Of a DNA stretch of 64,000 nt, positions 48,351 to 59,320 are shown piece by piece; positions within the stretch are counted from its first letter, which is position 1; every line of letters starts with the position of its first letter. The stretch is from an uncultured Gemmatimonadales bacterium (GTDB lineage: Bacteria > Gemmatimonadota > Gemmatimonadetes > Longimicrobiales > RSA9). Position numbers and translations under genes: made by a program. The notes under the pieces were generated by a model that was given only the letters and a program-made list of their open reading frames with translations, had not been told where the DNA came from and made no database searches. Location of the stretch: NCBI GenBank assembly GCA_963798085.1, contig CAWCRS010000003.1, forward strand, positions 64,001 through 128,000, in the 5' to 3' direction.

Positions 48351-50090
48351 ATGCATGATTCCTCGATCATCGAGCTGATCCGTTCGTCCGTGCTGGGTGC
48401 AGGCGAGGCGGTGTGTGGTCCGTTCGGACCTCGCCGCGTCACGTACGCCGACTACACGGCATCCGGACAGTCGCTTTCCTTCATCGAGGACTACATCCGC
48501 GACGCAGTGCTGCCGCTCTACGCGAACACGCACACGGAGAGCAGCGGCACGGGCCTGCAGACCACGCGCTTCCGTGAGGACGCTCGCAGCATCATCCGTG
48601 ACGCAGTGGGCGGCAACCGGCAGGATCACGCGGTCATCTTCTGCGGCTCGGGCTCGACGGCGGCAGTGGACAAGCTGGTGGGTGTGCTGAATCTGCGCAT
48701 TCCTCACGATCTGGACGCGAAGTACGGTCTCTCGCAGCACATCCCGGATGATGAGCGACCCGTGGTCTTCATCGGCCCGTACGAGCACCACTCGAACGAG
48801 CTGCCCTGGCGGGAATCGATCGCGCATGTCGTCGTGATCCGTGAAGACCTGAACGGCGGCATCGACCTCGAGCACCTGGAGCAGGAACTGGTGCGCCATG
48901 CCGGCCGCCCGCTGCGCATCGGCAGCTTCTCCGCGGCGTCGAACGTCACCGGCATAGTCTCGAACACGCGCGGCGTTTCCATCCTGCTGCACCGGTACGG
49001 CGCGCTGTCGTTCTGGGATTTTGCCGCCGCCGCACCCTATGTGAAGATCGAGATGGGCCCGCGCGGCGCGAGCGGCGATGACGCGCTCGACTACAAGGAC
49101 GCGGTGTTCATCTCACCACACAAGCTCATCGGCGGGCCGGGCACGCCGGGCGTGCTCATCGCCAGACGCGAGCTGTTCCAGAATTCCGTGCCCTGTGTTC
49201 CCGGCGGTGGCACGGTCTCCTACGTGAACCCGGAATCGCACCGCTACGTGAGCGATCCCGAGCATCGCGAGGAAGGCGGCACGCCCGCGATCGTGGAATC
49301 CATCCGCGCGGGCCTGGTCTTCCAGCTCAAACAGGCTGTTGGGGAAGAGACGATCCGCGAGCGCGAAACGTCATTCATCCAGCGCGCCATTGCTTCCTGG
49401 CAGAACGATCCGAACATCGAGATCCTGGGCAACTGCCAGGCCGAGCGCCTGTCCATCGTGTCGTTCGTGGTGCGCTGGCACGACCGCTACCTGCACCACA
49501 ACTTCGTGGTGGCGCTGCTCAATGATCTGTTCGGCATCCAGTCGCGCGGCGGCTGCTCCTGTGCGGGACCCTACGGTCACCGCCTGCTGGGCATCGATCT
49601 GGACCGCTCCCACGAATTCGAGCGTGAGATCAGCCGCGGCTGCGAGGGCATCAAGCCCGGCTGGATACGCGTCAACTTCAACTACTTCATCCCGGAACCC
49701 GTCTTCGAGTACATCCTGGAAGCCGTCCACCTGGTAGCCACGCACGGCTGGCGCCTGCTCGATCAATACCATTTCGATCCGCACACCGGTCTCTGGCGCC
49801 ACGCGCGCGGCATCGGCGACCCGCCCATGAGCCTGCGCGACGTCCACTACGATTCCGAGGGCATGACCTGGACGCGCCGCCGCCGCCACGAAGCCGAGAG
49901 CCGGCTGCCCGATTACATCGCCGAAGCCAGACGCATCTTCGCCGAAGCCGACGCGGATGCCACAACCTCCGCACCCATCGAGCTGACCCCCGACTTCGAA
50001 CACCTCCGCTGGTTCCCGCTCCCTGGCGAGCACTCCAACAGCTCCACCGCGGAGAGCGGGGAGGGCGCCGAGGTTTTCCGGCGGGGTTGA
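48351..50090 (+). CDS. Class V PLP-dependent aminotransferase
   Basis: YADYTASG, YANTH, EHHSN, SNVTG, SPHK (PLP Lys), RGGCSCAGPY. Confidence 0.92.
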   Translation: MHDSSIIELIRSSVLGAGEAVCGPFGPRRVTYADYTASGQSLSFIEDYIRDAVLPLYANTHTESSGTGLQTTRFREDARSIIRDAVGGNRQDHAVIFCGSGSTAAVDKLVGVLNLRIPHDLDAKYGLSQHIPDDERPVVFIGPYEHHSNELPWRESIAHVVVIREDLNGGIDLEHLEQELVRHAGRPLRIGSFSAASNVTGIVSNTRGVSILLHRYGALSFWDFAAAAPYVKIEMGPRGASGDDALDYKDAVFISPHKLIGGPGTPGVLIARRELFQNSVPCVPGGGTVSYVNPESHRYVSDPEHREEGGTPAIVESIRAGLVFQLKQAVGEETIRERETSFIQRAIASWQNDPNIEILGNCQAERLSIVSFVVRWHDRYLHHNFVVALLNDLFGIQSRGGCSCAGPYGHRLLGIDLDRSHEFEREISRGCEGIKPGWIRVNFNYFIPEPVFEYILEAVHLVATHGWRLLDQYHFDPHTGLWRHARGIGDPPMSLRDVHYDSEGMTWTRRRRHEAESRLPDYIAEARRIFAEADADATTSAPIELTPDFEHLRWFPLPGEHSNSSTAESGEGAEVFRRG

Positions 50091-50310
50091 TCCGGGGACA
50101 TACGTCCGCGGGCGCGCAATTCCATGCACCTCGACAGCAGTTTGTTTGCCCGGCACCACCTCCATGCACGGGCGCGCGCGCGCCGCAAAGGCCCTGCACA
50201 GACAGGTCAGTTCCCGACACGGACCGCCCCCGATCGCCTCGCAATTCCACGGCGCCCTCACCCACCCGGCACACAGATTGCCTCTGACCACGCCGAGGAA
50301 GAGACCGCAA

Positions 50311-50847
50311 ATGGAGACTCCTGTCATGAGCACGGTAATACGGCGATCCTGGTTTCAGCGCATGGCGACGCGCGCCTCGTGGTGGGCGGGGCGGCCGAAG
50401 ACTTTCCTGTTCGCGCTGTCCGCGGTGCTGCTCTGGGCGGTAACCGGGCCCGTCTTCCACTACAGTGATACCTGGCAACTGGTTATTAACACCAGCACAA
50501 CGATCATCACGTTCCTGATGGTGTTCCTGGTGCAGAACACACAGAACCGCGACGGCGAGGCCGTGCAGATCAAGCTGAGCGAGCTGATCCGTGCGTTGCG
50601 CGGCGCACACAATGCGCTGCTCGACCTGGAAGAACTGGATGAGACGCAGCTGGAAGAGATTCGTCGCACGTATGGCAAGGCGGCAGCGAAGGCGCGTTCC
50701 AATGCGAAGCGCGGCCGCGAGGACACGCAGGTCGCAGCGCTCGAGCTGCCCGGCGATGCTCCGCGCGCGGCGAGGAGCGGCACTGCGCGCAGGCGGCGCA
50801 GCAGGGGTCCGCGCAAGCCGCGCGGCCGGCCGCACAAGGAGCCCTGA
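50311..50847 (+). CDS. Low-affinity iron permease (Fet4-like) family protein
   Basis: GP.F.YSDTWQLVINT.TTIITFLMVFLVQNTQNRD...Q.KL.ELIRA. Confidence 0.9.
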   Translation: METPVMSTVIRRSWFQRMATRASWWAGRPKTFLFALSAVLLWAVTGPVFHYSDTWQLVINTSTTIITFLMVFLVQNTQNRDGEAVQIKLSELIRALRGAHNALLDLEELDETQLEEIRRTYGKAAAKARSNAKRGREDTQVAALELPGDAPRAARSGTARRRRSRGPRKPRGRPHKEP

Positions 50848-50923
50848 AAGCGGCACAGCGAGCACGCCGGCAGCGCTCGCTGGCGCGCCGTACTGGAACC
50901 GCGGGACGCCGCGACGGGATGCG

Positions 50924-52465
50924 CTATTTCGCGACCAGCTTGTCCAGCACGTCCCACGCCGTGAGCGGGAGATGCTCGGCGGCGAAGCGCTGCGGTGTGA
51001 TGCCTGCGCGATGCGCCGCGTTCCATACTTCACTGCCGTACTGCGTCGGCTGGCGCACGGTCTGCACGAAATCGCTGGCCCAGAGGTACTGGTCGCCGGG
51101 GATCCACGCGATCAGCGCGCCTTCGCTGGCCGCGCCATCGATCGGGTAGAGATGGATGCGCCCTCCGGCGAGTGACAGCGAATCGGTCAGCGTCTGGATG
51201 CGCAGCTGCGCGCCACGCGGCGCATTGCTCTTCTCCAGCGCATCGGGCGCGAGCGTCCAGTGTCTGGCGGTGACCTGCTGCAGAAACCCGCGCGAGCCTT
51301 CGTGCGTCACTACGCGCGCGCCCCGTGCCACCCAGAAGCGCAACCCTGAAACGTGCGGCCACGCCAGGTCCGTGACCACGACCACAACCGGATGCCGGCC
51401 CGGGAACAGTGTGGCGATCCATGTGGAGTCGTCGCGGGCCCGACTCTCACCACTCGTCGCGTCCAGCAGGTACACGGTGTCACGCTGCAGCGTGACGGTC
51501 TCGGTGTAAGCTCGTGTTATAAGCAGGAACGTCTGCGCACTGACACGCACGGTGTCGGGCTTGTCCGCCGCCCCCGGGAAGCCCGCCGCTGCGGGGGATG
51601 GCGCCGCGGCCGCCATGCCTTCCGGCGGATTCAGCCGCGGCGCACTGGCGCGGTCGATCAGCGCGAGCGTCGGGCCGGAGACCGTCTGGCTGATCACGGT
51701 CTCGCCATCTTCCACACGGAACACGGCGCCCGGATACGCACCTCCGCCAACCGGCGTGATCCAGGTCGAATAGACGTACTCAATGTGCTGCTGGCCCCAC
51801 AGGTAATGCGACTGCTCGTACTCGACCTTGAGCGGATAGCCGGACTTCGGGTCGAGGTACAGCCGCTCGTGTGCTGTGCCCTCGCCACGCTCGAACACGC
51901 TGCGCCAGTAGTCGCGATACTTGCACTCGCCCGCGTATCGAACACCGCTGTCAGCATGCCAGTCGAGCAGGGTCGTCCACGGGTCCAGCCGCCGTGTGTC
52001 GCGACTCAAGACGGGGAAGGCACGGAAGATCGTGTCGCGCACGCCCCAGGTTCCTGTGGCCGTGCTCACAGTCTCGGCGCGGCCCGCACCGCCGCTGCCC
52101 GGCCAGATGGTTTCGTTGCCAATGCGTTCGGCGCCGGTGCGCGGGTCGATCCAGTACTCGGGTGTGCGGATCGCGGTGAGGTACGGCGGATACCAGCGGT
52201 CGGACTGCTCACGCGCCGAACCCGCCTGCCCGGCCTTGAAGTGCAGCACGCGATCGCCTGCCGCGCGCACGCCCATCACCGTCAGCGCCCGCTCCAGCGC
52301 CTCGCCCGGCTCCACTGCCCTGCCCGCGCGACACGCCTCCTGCGCCTGCTGCGGTGCGGGATAACCAGGTGTTGGGTTACGGCTGGTGTTGGGGTCTGGC
52401 GCGTGTGCCGCGAGCAGGGCGGCCAGCGCGAGGGGGAGCGCTACGGCAGATCTCGTCAGCATCAT
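50924..52465 (-). CDS. Secreted protein with degenerate C-terminal metallo-beta-lactamase-like domain
   Basis: Signal peptide; YLLDA...VVVTDLAWPHVSG, GALIAW.P...LWASD. Confidence 0.6.
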   Translation of the reverse strand: MMLTRSAVALPLALAALLAAHAPDPNTSRNPTPGYPAPQQAQEACRAGRAVEPGEALERALTVMGVRAAGDRVLHFKAGQAGSAREQSDRWYPPYLTAIRTPEYWIDPRTGAERIGNETIWPGSGGAGRAETVSTATGTWGVRDTIFRAFPVLSRDTRRLDPWTTLLDWHADSGVRYAGECKYRDYWRSVFERGEGTAHERLYLDPKSGYPLKVEYEQSHYLWGQQHIEYVYSTWITPVGGGAYPGAVFRVEDGETVISQTVSGPTLALIDRASAPRLNPPEGMAAAAPSPAAAGFPGAADKPDTVRVSAQTFLLITRAYTETVTLQRDTVYLLDATSGESRARDDSTWIATLFPGRHPVVVVVTDLAWPHVSGLRFWVARGARVVTHEGSRGFLQQVTARHWTLAPDALEKSNAPRGAQLRIQTLTDSLSLAGGRIHLYPIDGAASEGALIAWIPGDQYLWASDFVQTVRQPTQYGSEVWNAAHRAGITPQRFAAEHLPLTAWDVLDKLVAK

Positions 52466-52642
52466 GCGACACCGCGCGGTTCACATTTCCGTTGCTCGAT
52501 CCGCGCTCCGCCAGGGCCGGCGCGCGGCGACTGAATCTCGCGCGCCCGCCGGCCTGTCGTACATCAGCCAAAAGGTTGAATCGCGCAAGCGACGCGTGCC
52601 GGTCACCCCACCGCGTGGGGATGCCTGGCTGGCCACGAGTGC

Positions 52643-53998
52643 TTACGATTCGCCCGGGTAGAGGCGCAGCCGGATGGGGCGAGGCGTGTCTATCGCATCG
52701 ACGCGCAGCCGGACGCGGCGTACGGAAACGGGCGGGAAGCGGTCCAGCCTGCAGTAGCCAATGGTGGCGCCGCGCGACAGCGGTACCCATGCGCTGCCCG
52801 TGAAGCCCTCGAGTGCGTAAGCGCTGACGACCTGGCCGTGTGCAATGTCCTCGCGCAGGTCCGCAAGACCGACACTCGTGCTGCGGCCGAGATCCAGTTC
52901 CAGCGTGCCGGCGCGCGGACCCGCCGCACGCCAGCGGCCGTGCAGCCCGCGCGTGATGTCCTCCGCGAACAGCGCGTCCAGCCGCGAGCGCATGCCGGCC
53001 AGCCTCGCCACATCCATGTCGTGCAGCAGACCAGCCCGCGTGGGCGGCACGTTCAGCAGCAGTTTGGAATTGCGACCGACGGACGTGAAGTGCAGGCCGA
53101 CGAGGTTGTCCACGGTGCGGACTTTCTCGTCCTCCGCAGCGTGATGGAACCAGCCGGGCCGGATCGAGACATCGGTCTCGCCGGGCCGCCATACGGAGCC
53201 GGCCGGATCGCCGTGCTGCAGCATCTGCATCACGCCAGCGCCACTAACACCCGGCCAGGGCACCACGGCGGGATCGACCGTCGACCAGTCGGGATCCCCC
53301 GCCTCACCCGCCTCGTTGCCGATCCACCGCACATCCGGTCCCGCGTCCGAAAACATCACCGCTTCCGGCTGCAGCCGCCGCACCAGCGCCCAGAAGCGCG
53401 GCCAGTCGTACTGCTGGCGCCGGCCGTTCGGGCCTTCCCCGTTGGCGCCGTCGAACCACACCTCGTGCAGCCCGCCATAGCGCGTGAGCAGCTCGGTCAG
53501 CTGGTCGCAGTAGAAGTCGTTGTAGTGCGGCGAATCGCCGTAGACAGTGGCGTTGCGATCCCAGGGCGAGAGGTAGAGCCCGGGCTTGAGTCCCTCGGCG
53601 CGACAGGCATCCGTGAACTCGCGCACCACATCGCCCTGCCCGCCTCGCCAGGGACTCGACGCGACGGAATGCTGCGTGGTCTGCGTGGGCCAGAGGCAGA
53701 AGCCGTCGTGATGCTTGGCAGTGAGGATCATGGCGCGGAAGCCGGCCGCGCGCGCCGCCTTCGCCCACTGTCGCGCATCCAGTGCAGACGGCGCGAAGAG
53801 CTGCTCGTCCTCGCGACCATCGCCCCACTCGCGATCCGTGAACGTGTTCACGCCGAAGTGCAGGAACAGCGCGTGCTCGTCCTGCTGCCACGCCAGCTGC
53901 GCGGCGGAAGGCACAGGCCGGCGTATCGGCCGGCGCATTGACCCGCGGGCGAGCGGCGCTGCGGCGATCGCCGCGAGGAAACTGCGTCGCGTCAGCAC
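52643..53998 (-). CDS. Alpha-L-fucosidase (GH29), Tat-exported
   Basis: TRRSFL; FLHFG.NTF, TAKHHDGFCLWP, YLSPWD, WFDGA, RPGWF, SVGRN. Confidence 0.93.
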   Translation of the reverse strand: MLTRRSFLAAIAAAPLARGSMRRPIRRPVPSAAQLAWQQDEHALFLHFGVNTFTDREWGDGREDEQLFAPSALDARQWAKAARAAGFRAMILTAKHHDGFCLWPTQTTQHSVASSPWRGGQGDVVREFTDACRAEGLKPGLYLSPWDRNATVYGDSPHYNDFYCDQLTELLTRYGGLHEVWFDGANGEGPNGRRQQYDWPRFWALVRRLQPEAVMFSDAGPDVRWIGNEAGEAGDPDWSTVDPAVVPWPGVSGAGVMQMLQHGDPAGSVWRPGETDVSIRPGWFHHAAEDEKVRTVDNLVGLHFTSVGRNSKLLLNVPPTRAGLLHDMDVARLAGMRSRLDALFAEDITRGLHGRWRAAGPRAGTLELDLGRSTSVGLADLREDIAHGQVVSAYALEGFTGSAWVPLSRGATIGYCRLDRFPPVSVRRVRLRVDAIDTPRPIRLRLYPGES

Positions 53999-54008
53999 GG
54001 CGGGTGCC

Positions 54009-55193
54009 TCACGCGATGCTGCGCAGGGCATCGAGGCGAGGCACGCGGCTCTTCGGACTGTCCAGGCTGAACGAGCGTGCGTCGCCCAGCTGATCGCGCA
54101 CGTACGACTGTGTCGCCTCCACCGCCGCATTGAGCGCCTTGTCCTTCACGCCGAACGTGGCCCACACGATGCGCTCGCTCCCCGGATCGTACTCCCACAG
54201 TCCGATGAGCCGGCCGCGATCGAGAATCGCGTGGTCCGGCAGGTCCACCAGCGAACCGCCCGCCACCGTCTTCTTCTCGACGACCAGCCTGCGCTCCCGG
54301 TCCGCCGGCTCTAACAGCGTGCTCAGCTCGCGTCGCGTGGCACTGATCGGGTCGAGACTGCTGACCAGCGCGTACTGCGGCTTGCCCGCCGCCTCGAAGC
54401 CAAGGAACGCCTCCGCATCCTCGGGCAGCAGGAGCCGCTCGCTGCCGGGCTCGGCGGGTACCAGCCCGAGCGGCTCCGCTGCTTCGCGGCAGGCCTTCAC
54501 GCCCAGCGCCGAGAACCACTGGAACTCGGCGAGCGTAGCCGGTCCCACCCAGCGGAAGAAGCGACGCGCCAGCTCCGTGTAGTCGCTTGCGCCGCCGTGC
54601 CGGCCCGCCAGCGGATTGGGCCGCCACAGCGCGTAGCGGTAGCGCTGCTGATCGAGGCGGCCGTTCACCGGGACGCGGCGGATCTCGCCGCTCGCCTGCA
54701 GCCGGCCGAGGGCGAGAGGCAGCGTCGTCGTCAGACCTTTCTTCTTCCCTTCTTCGCCAAGACTGCGCGAAGCCTTGCCAGTGGCATCCCGGATGCCGTC
54801 CGGATCGAGCGGCCCGGACGCCAGCGCCGACACCACGGCGGCGCTCAGCTTCTCGATTTCCTTTTCCGTAACACCGAGTTTCAGGGCCGTCTTCATGTCG
54901 GCCTCGGCGAACGCCTGGCCCACGCGCAACCCCAGGGCGAAGTCGCTGGCCGGCAGCACGTAGGTGCAGCCGCGGGCCGCGGGCAGCTCGTGGATCTCGA
55001 GCGCGGCCACCGCCCGGTCCGCCGCCTCGCGGCTCGTGCCGGCGCGCGCGAACAGCGTGAGGTAGGGCCCCACTCCGCCCACGCTTCTGGCCCAGCCGCA
55101 GCGCTCCAGCACCTGCGCCGGACTGCGGCCCTGCAGCGAGCCGTCCAGCCCCTGTCTGTGCCACCACCACGCCCGCAGCTTCTTCTCATCCAT
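54009..55193 (-). CDS. Winged-helix AlkZ/YcaQ-like (HTH_42) protein
   Basis: Y.TLFAR, RGC.Y, ELARRFFRWVGPATLAEFQWF, IL.RGR.IG.W. Confidence 0.72.
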   Translation of the reverse strand: MDEKKLRAWWWHRQGLDGSLQGRSPAQVLERCGWARSVGGVGPYLTLFARAGTSREAADRAVAALEIHELPAARGCTYVLPASDFALGLRVGQAFAEADMKTALKLGVTEKEIEKLSAAVVSALASGPLDPDGIRDATGKASRSLGEEGKKKGLTTTLPLALGRLQASGEIRRVPVNGRLDQQRYRYALWRPNPLAGRHGGASDYTELARRFFRWVGPATLAEFQWFSALGVKACREAAEPLGLVPAEPGSERLLLPEDAEAFLGFEAAGKPQYALVSSLDPISATRRELSTLLEPADRERRLVVEKKTVAGGSLVDLPDHAILDRGRLIGLWEYDPGSERIVWATFGVKDKALNAAVEATQSYVRDQLGDARSFSLDSPKSRVPRLDALRSIA

Positions 55194-55261
55194 GGCTGGC
55201 TCCATCATGCTCAGCGTGGGATCGCGTGCTCCGGAAGGCCGAAGCAGCATGTAACACGGTG

Positions 55262-57962
55262 TTACCGGACCATCAGCTCGCCGCGCAGCCGGATGTCCTT
55301 CGATGAGCTGCCGACCATGATGCGGAACGCGCCCGGCTCCACCACCCAGTGCCGGTCGCCATCCAGCATGTGCAGCTGATCCGGCCCCAGCGTGAACGAT
55401 ACCTCCTGCGACGCGCCCGGCTCCAGGTGGATGCGCTGGAACCCCTCCAGCTGCATTACCGGCCGGACGCGGGACGCGAGCACATCGCGAATGTAGAGCT
55501 GCACGACTTCATCACCGGCACGCGTGCCCGTGTTCTTCACCGTGCAGCGCACTGCCGTCGAGCCGTCGGCGCCAATCGGATCAGGCGAGAGCGAGAGATT
55601 CGCGTACTCGAATGTCGTGTAGCTCAGGCCGAAGCCGAAGGGGAACAGCGGCTGGCCCGTGAGGTCGACGTAGTCATCGCCTCGCCCCGTCGGCTCGTGG
55701 TTGTAGCGCAACGGCAGCTGGCCTTCCTCGATGGGGAACGTGACAGGCAGCCGGCCCGCCGGATCGGTATCGCCAAACAGCACGTCAGCCACCGCCTCGC
55801 CACCGGCCTCGCCCGGGTACCACGCGTCGACGACCGCCGCTACGCGCTCCAGCCAGCTCGACATGGTGATGGCGCTGCCGCCGATGAGCACGACGATCAC
55901 GGGCCGGCCCGTCGCAGCCACTGCCCGGATCAGCTCCTCCTGGTGCCCGGGCAGGCCGAGGCGCGCGCGGTCGCGGAACTCGCCTTCCTCGGCGCCCGCG
56001 ACGATGATGGCGACGCCGCTCCGTCGCGCCGCCGCCGCGGCGCTGTCGATCTTCACCTGCCAGTCGTTCGCGACGCCCGCATCCCACACGAGCTTCACAC
56101 GGGCATTGCCCGTGCTCTCGAAGTACTCGATGCGCAGTGCGTGCGCCGATCCGGGCGCCAGCGACACACTGGCGAGCCTGCTGCCGTACGACTGCTTGCG
56201 CCAGTTGTCGATCAGCAGCCTGCCATCCAGCCACAGGCGGTAGCCGTCATTGCCCTCAATGCCGAGGCGGCGCACGCCACTCGCCGGCGCCGTCAATGTG
56301 CCCGTCCAGCGCACCGAGTACCAGTCGAAAGGAATGCCGCGCGCCGGCGAATTCAGCGTCCAGCCGAAGTCGATGCGCGCATCCGTGCGCACCACGCGCG
56401 GCGCGCCTTGTAACCGGTTGTTATCGAAGTACTCGCCGTGCAGCCCGGGAGTTCTGCGGCCCTCCTCGCCGGACGCGAGCTGCGCCGCGGGCACCACGAC
56501 ATACTCGCGCGCGAAACGGCCCGGACCCGGAGCGTAGCGCACCCGAGCCTCGCCCAGCCGCGCGCGCAGCGCTTCGAGAATCGAGACAGGCTCCACACCC
56601 GGGCCGCTGTAGCCGCCCAGCCTCGCCGCCGCGGCATCCTCGCCGATTACCGCGACGCTGCGCACCGCTGCGGCGAGGGGCAGCGTGTTCCGTTCGTTGC
56701 GCAGCAGCACCATGCCTGCCGCCGCCGCGGCACGCGCCAGTGCCCGGTGCGCATCACTGCCATTCTCCAGCGCCGCGCTGTCCGCATCCACGTACGGCCA
56801 CTCGAACAGGCCCAGCTGGAATTTGGCGCGCAGCACGCGCGCCACCGCCGCGTCGATCACGGAATCGGCGATGAGGCCACGCCGGAACGCCTCGAGGTAC
56901 GGCCGGTGCTGCGCCCACGAAGACTGGAAGATCACGTCCAGTCCCGCGTCCAGCGCATCCTTCGCCGCCTGCGCCGTGCTCGGCTCGGTCATGTGCAGTA
57001 CGGTGGCGCCACCGGTCGCGGCCGCATCCGGAGATGACGAAGCCCTTGAAGCCCCACGCGCGCCTCAGCACGTCTGTCAGCAGCCAGCGACTCTGCGTGG
57101 CGGGCGCACCGGCGACCGAGTTGTACGCAGTCATGATGGAGCCCGCGCCTGCGTCCAGCGCCGCGCGGAAGGGTGGGAAGTACAGTTCCTCGAGCTGCCG
57201 CTCATTGTCGTTGATCGGGTAGCTGTCGCGGCCACCCTCGCCCACGTTCGCAACAAGGTGTTTGGGTGTGACGACAATGCCTGCGCGCGCGAGCTCGCCC
57301 GTGAACGCCGCCGCCATGCGGCTCGCCAGCCACGGATCCTCGCCGTACGTCTCCTCGACGCGGCCCCAGCGCACATCGGTGGCGAGGTTGACGACGGGCG
57401 AGAGCACCTGGCGGATGCCGCGACGCCTGACCTCCTGCGCGATGGCGCCGGATACCCGCCGCATGAGCGCCGTGTCGAAGCTGGCAGCGAGCGAAATCGC
57501 GGAAGGGAACACGGTCGCGCCGGCACGCGTGAGACCGTGCACCGCCTCATCGAAGGGAATGATGGGAATGCCCAGCCGCGTGCGTTCCACGAAAAAACGC
57601 TGGATGTCGTTGATGCGCTGGGCGTGCCGGCGAGCGGTGGCGGCGGCCGCCTCACGGAATGCGGCAGGCGACGACAGTGCCGCCGGCGATCGGGCCGCTG
57701 CGCCCGCGGTGTCCGGCGCCGTCCCGATCTGGAGCCCGAACACGCCGTTAGACCAGTCCTGTGCGGCGTCGTCGAGGTCGCCCGGTACCATGAACAGCTG
57801 CCAGAACTTCTCTTCCAGCGTCATGCGCCCCAGCAGATCCTTCACGCGCTGCTCCACGGGCACGCCGGGATCGCGGTAGGCGGGCAGCTGCGCGCAGGCA
57901 GGTGGTGCGGAAACCAGCAGGGCAGCCAGCACGGCCGCGCCGCAAAGCGAACACCGGCGCAT
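55262..57962 (-). CDS. GH3 beta-glucosidase with PA14 and Fn3-like domains (+1 frameshift at ~57029)
   Basis: MTLEEK, RLGIP, EAVHG, RWGRVEETYGED, KH, WGFKGFVIS|D, VLLRN, PA14 (YSVRWTG), FGFGLSYTTF, EVVQLY. Confidence 0.92.
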
Positions 57963-59050
57963 CAGGAGTGCTTCGTCGCCTGCGACGTCGTGCCATCAGT
58001 GGCGCCGCCCGGATTCTCGTTGGCACCCACATGCTTGTGCAGCCAGTCCGTGGTGGCGTCGTGCAGCGGAATGGGCGCGGCGTAGAGGTTCGTCAGCTTG
58101 ATCTGACCCGCAATGTCGACCGCCTGCCGCAGCGCCGGCATCTCCTCCGCCAGGATGTCCAGCACGTGATTGACGACGTTCCTGTCGAGATCATCGCGCG
58201 CCACGATCCAGTTGAGCACGGAAACCGTTGGCAGCGGTTTCGTGAGCCCCGGATAGCTGCCCGCAGGCAGCGAGCTGACCGAGTAGTAGGCGTAGTGGTG
58301 CGATAGCTGTGTGGCGTGCGCCGAGTCGATGGGCAGCAGGTGCACGCGACCCGTGGTCGTCGCCTCCAGCACCGCGGACGCCGGATAGCCAATGGACAGG
58401 ATCGCGGCATCGATCGCGCCGTCCGCCAGTGCCGATGCCGATTCCGTGAACGAAAGGTAGCGCGTCTGCACGTCGTTGAAGCTCAACCCGTACGCCTCGA
58501 GCACGTGCTTCGCCACTTCTTCCGTGCCGCCACCACCCGGTCCCACCGAAACGCGCTTGCCGCGCAGGTCTGCAATCGCGCTGATGGACGCGCCGTCACG
58601 CACCAGCACGTGCGTCTGATTCGGATAGAGCGGGGCGACGACGCGCAGCCGCGTGACCGGCTCCTTGAAATCGCCGCCACCGTTGTACGCCTCGTAAACC
58701 GTCGTGCCGATCGCGAAACCGAGGTCCATCTCGCCGCGCATGATGCGCTGGATGTTCTCCACCGAGCCGCCCGTCACTTCCGCCGTGTACGTGTGGCTGG
58801 TGTCGCGCAGACTCAGCCGGCTCGCCAGTGTTCCGCCGATCGGATAGTAGACGCCACCCGTGCCCGCCGTGCCCAGACTCAGAAACCGCCGCGGCCCCGC
58901 CCCTTTCTCTCCGCCGCACGCCAGCGCCAGCACAACAGCACAACAGATCCAGCGCGAGGAGCGCAATGCACGCAGGGTGCTTCCAGACGCTCTGCGGCCG
59001 GTTCGGTCATGCAGCTTGCTGGGGTGCGACACCGTCACATTCATGCCCAT
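57962..59050 (-). CDS. TAXI-family TRAP solute receptor (lipoprotein)
   Basis: LALAC; GTAGTGGVYYPIG, TGGSVEN, DLRGKRVSVG, PIPLH; exact start uncertain. Confidence 0.92.
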   Translation of the reverse strand: MGMNVTVSHPSKLHDRTGRRASGSTLRALRSSRWICCAVVLALACGGEKGAGPRRFLSLGTAGTGGVYYPIGGTLASRLSLRDTSHTYTAEVTGGSVENIQRIMRGEMDLGFAIGTTVYEAYNGGGDFKEPVTRLRVVAPLYPNQTHVLVRDGASISAIADLRGKRVSVGPGGGGTEEVAKHVLEAYGLSFNDVQTRYLSFTESASALADGAIDAAILSIGYPASAVLEATTTGRVHLLPIDSAHATQLSHHYAYYSVSSLPAGSYPGLTKPLPTVSVLNWIVARDDLDRNVVNHVLDILAEEMPALRQAVDIAGQIKLTNLYAAPIPLHDATTDWLHKHVGANENPGGATDGTTSQATKHS

Positions 59051-59320
59051 TCACTCCGCTCCATCACGTCTGATTCACGACGAGACTGATTCAGAATCGA
59101 CGATCACATCACCGACCGTGATCTCCATGTGCCGGAAACGCTTCGAGTGGCTCTGCGGGTGCGTCCCTTCATGCCATTTCTGTCGTGACTCCGTCACATG
59201 CGTACCCGTTCACCCCGCGTGCCGCAACTCTGTTTCTGGAAGAGCGCGATCCTGCTGCGTCAGATTCAAGGCGATTCACTTCGAGCGTGAAAGATACACG
59301 AGAATGCCCGGACGATGATG

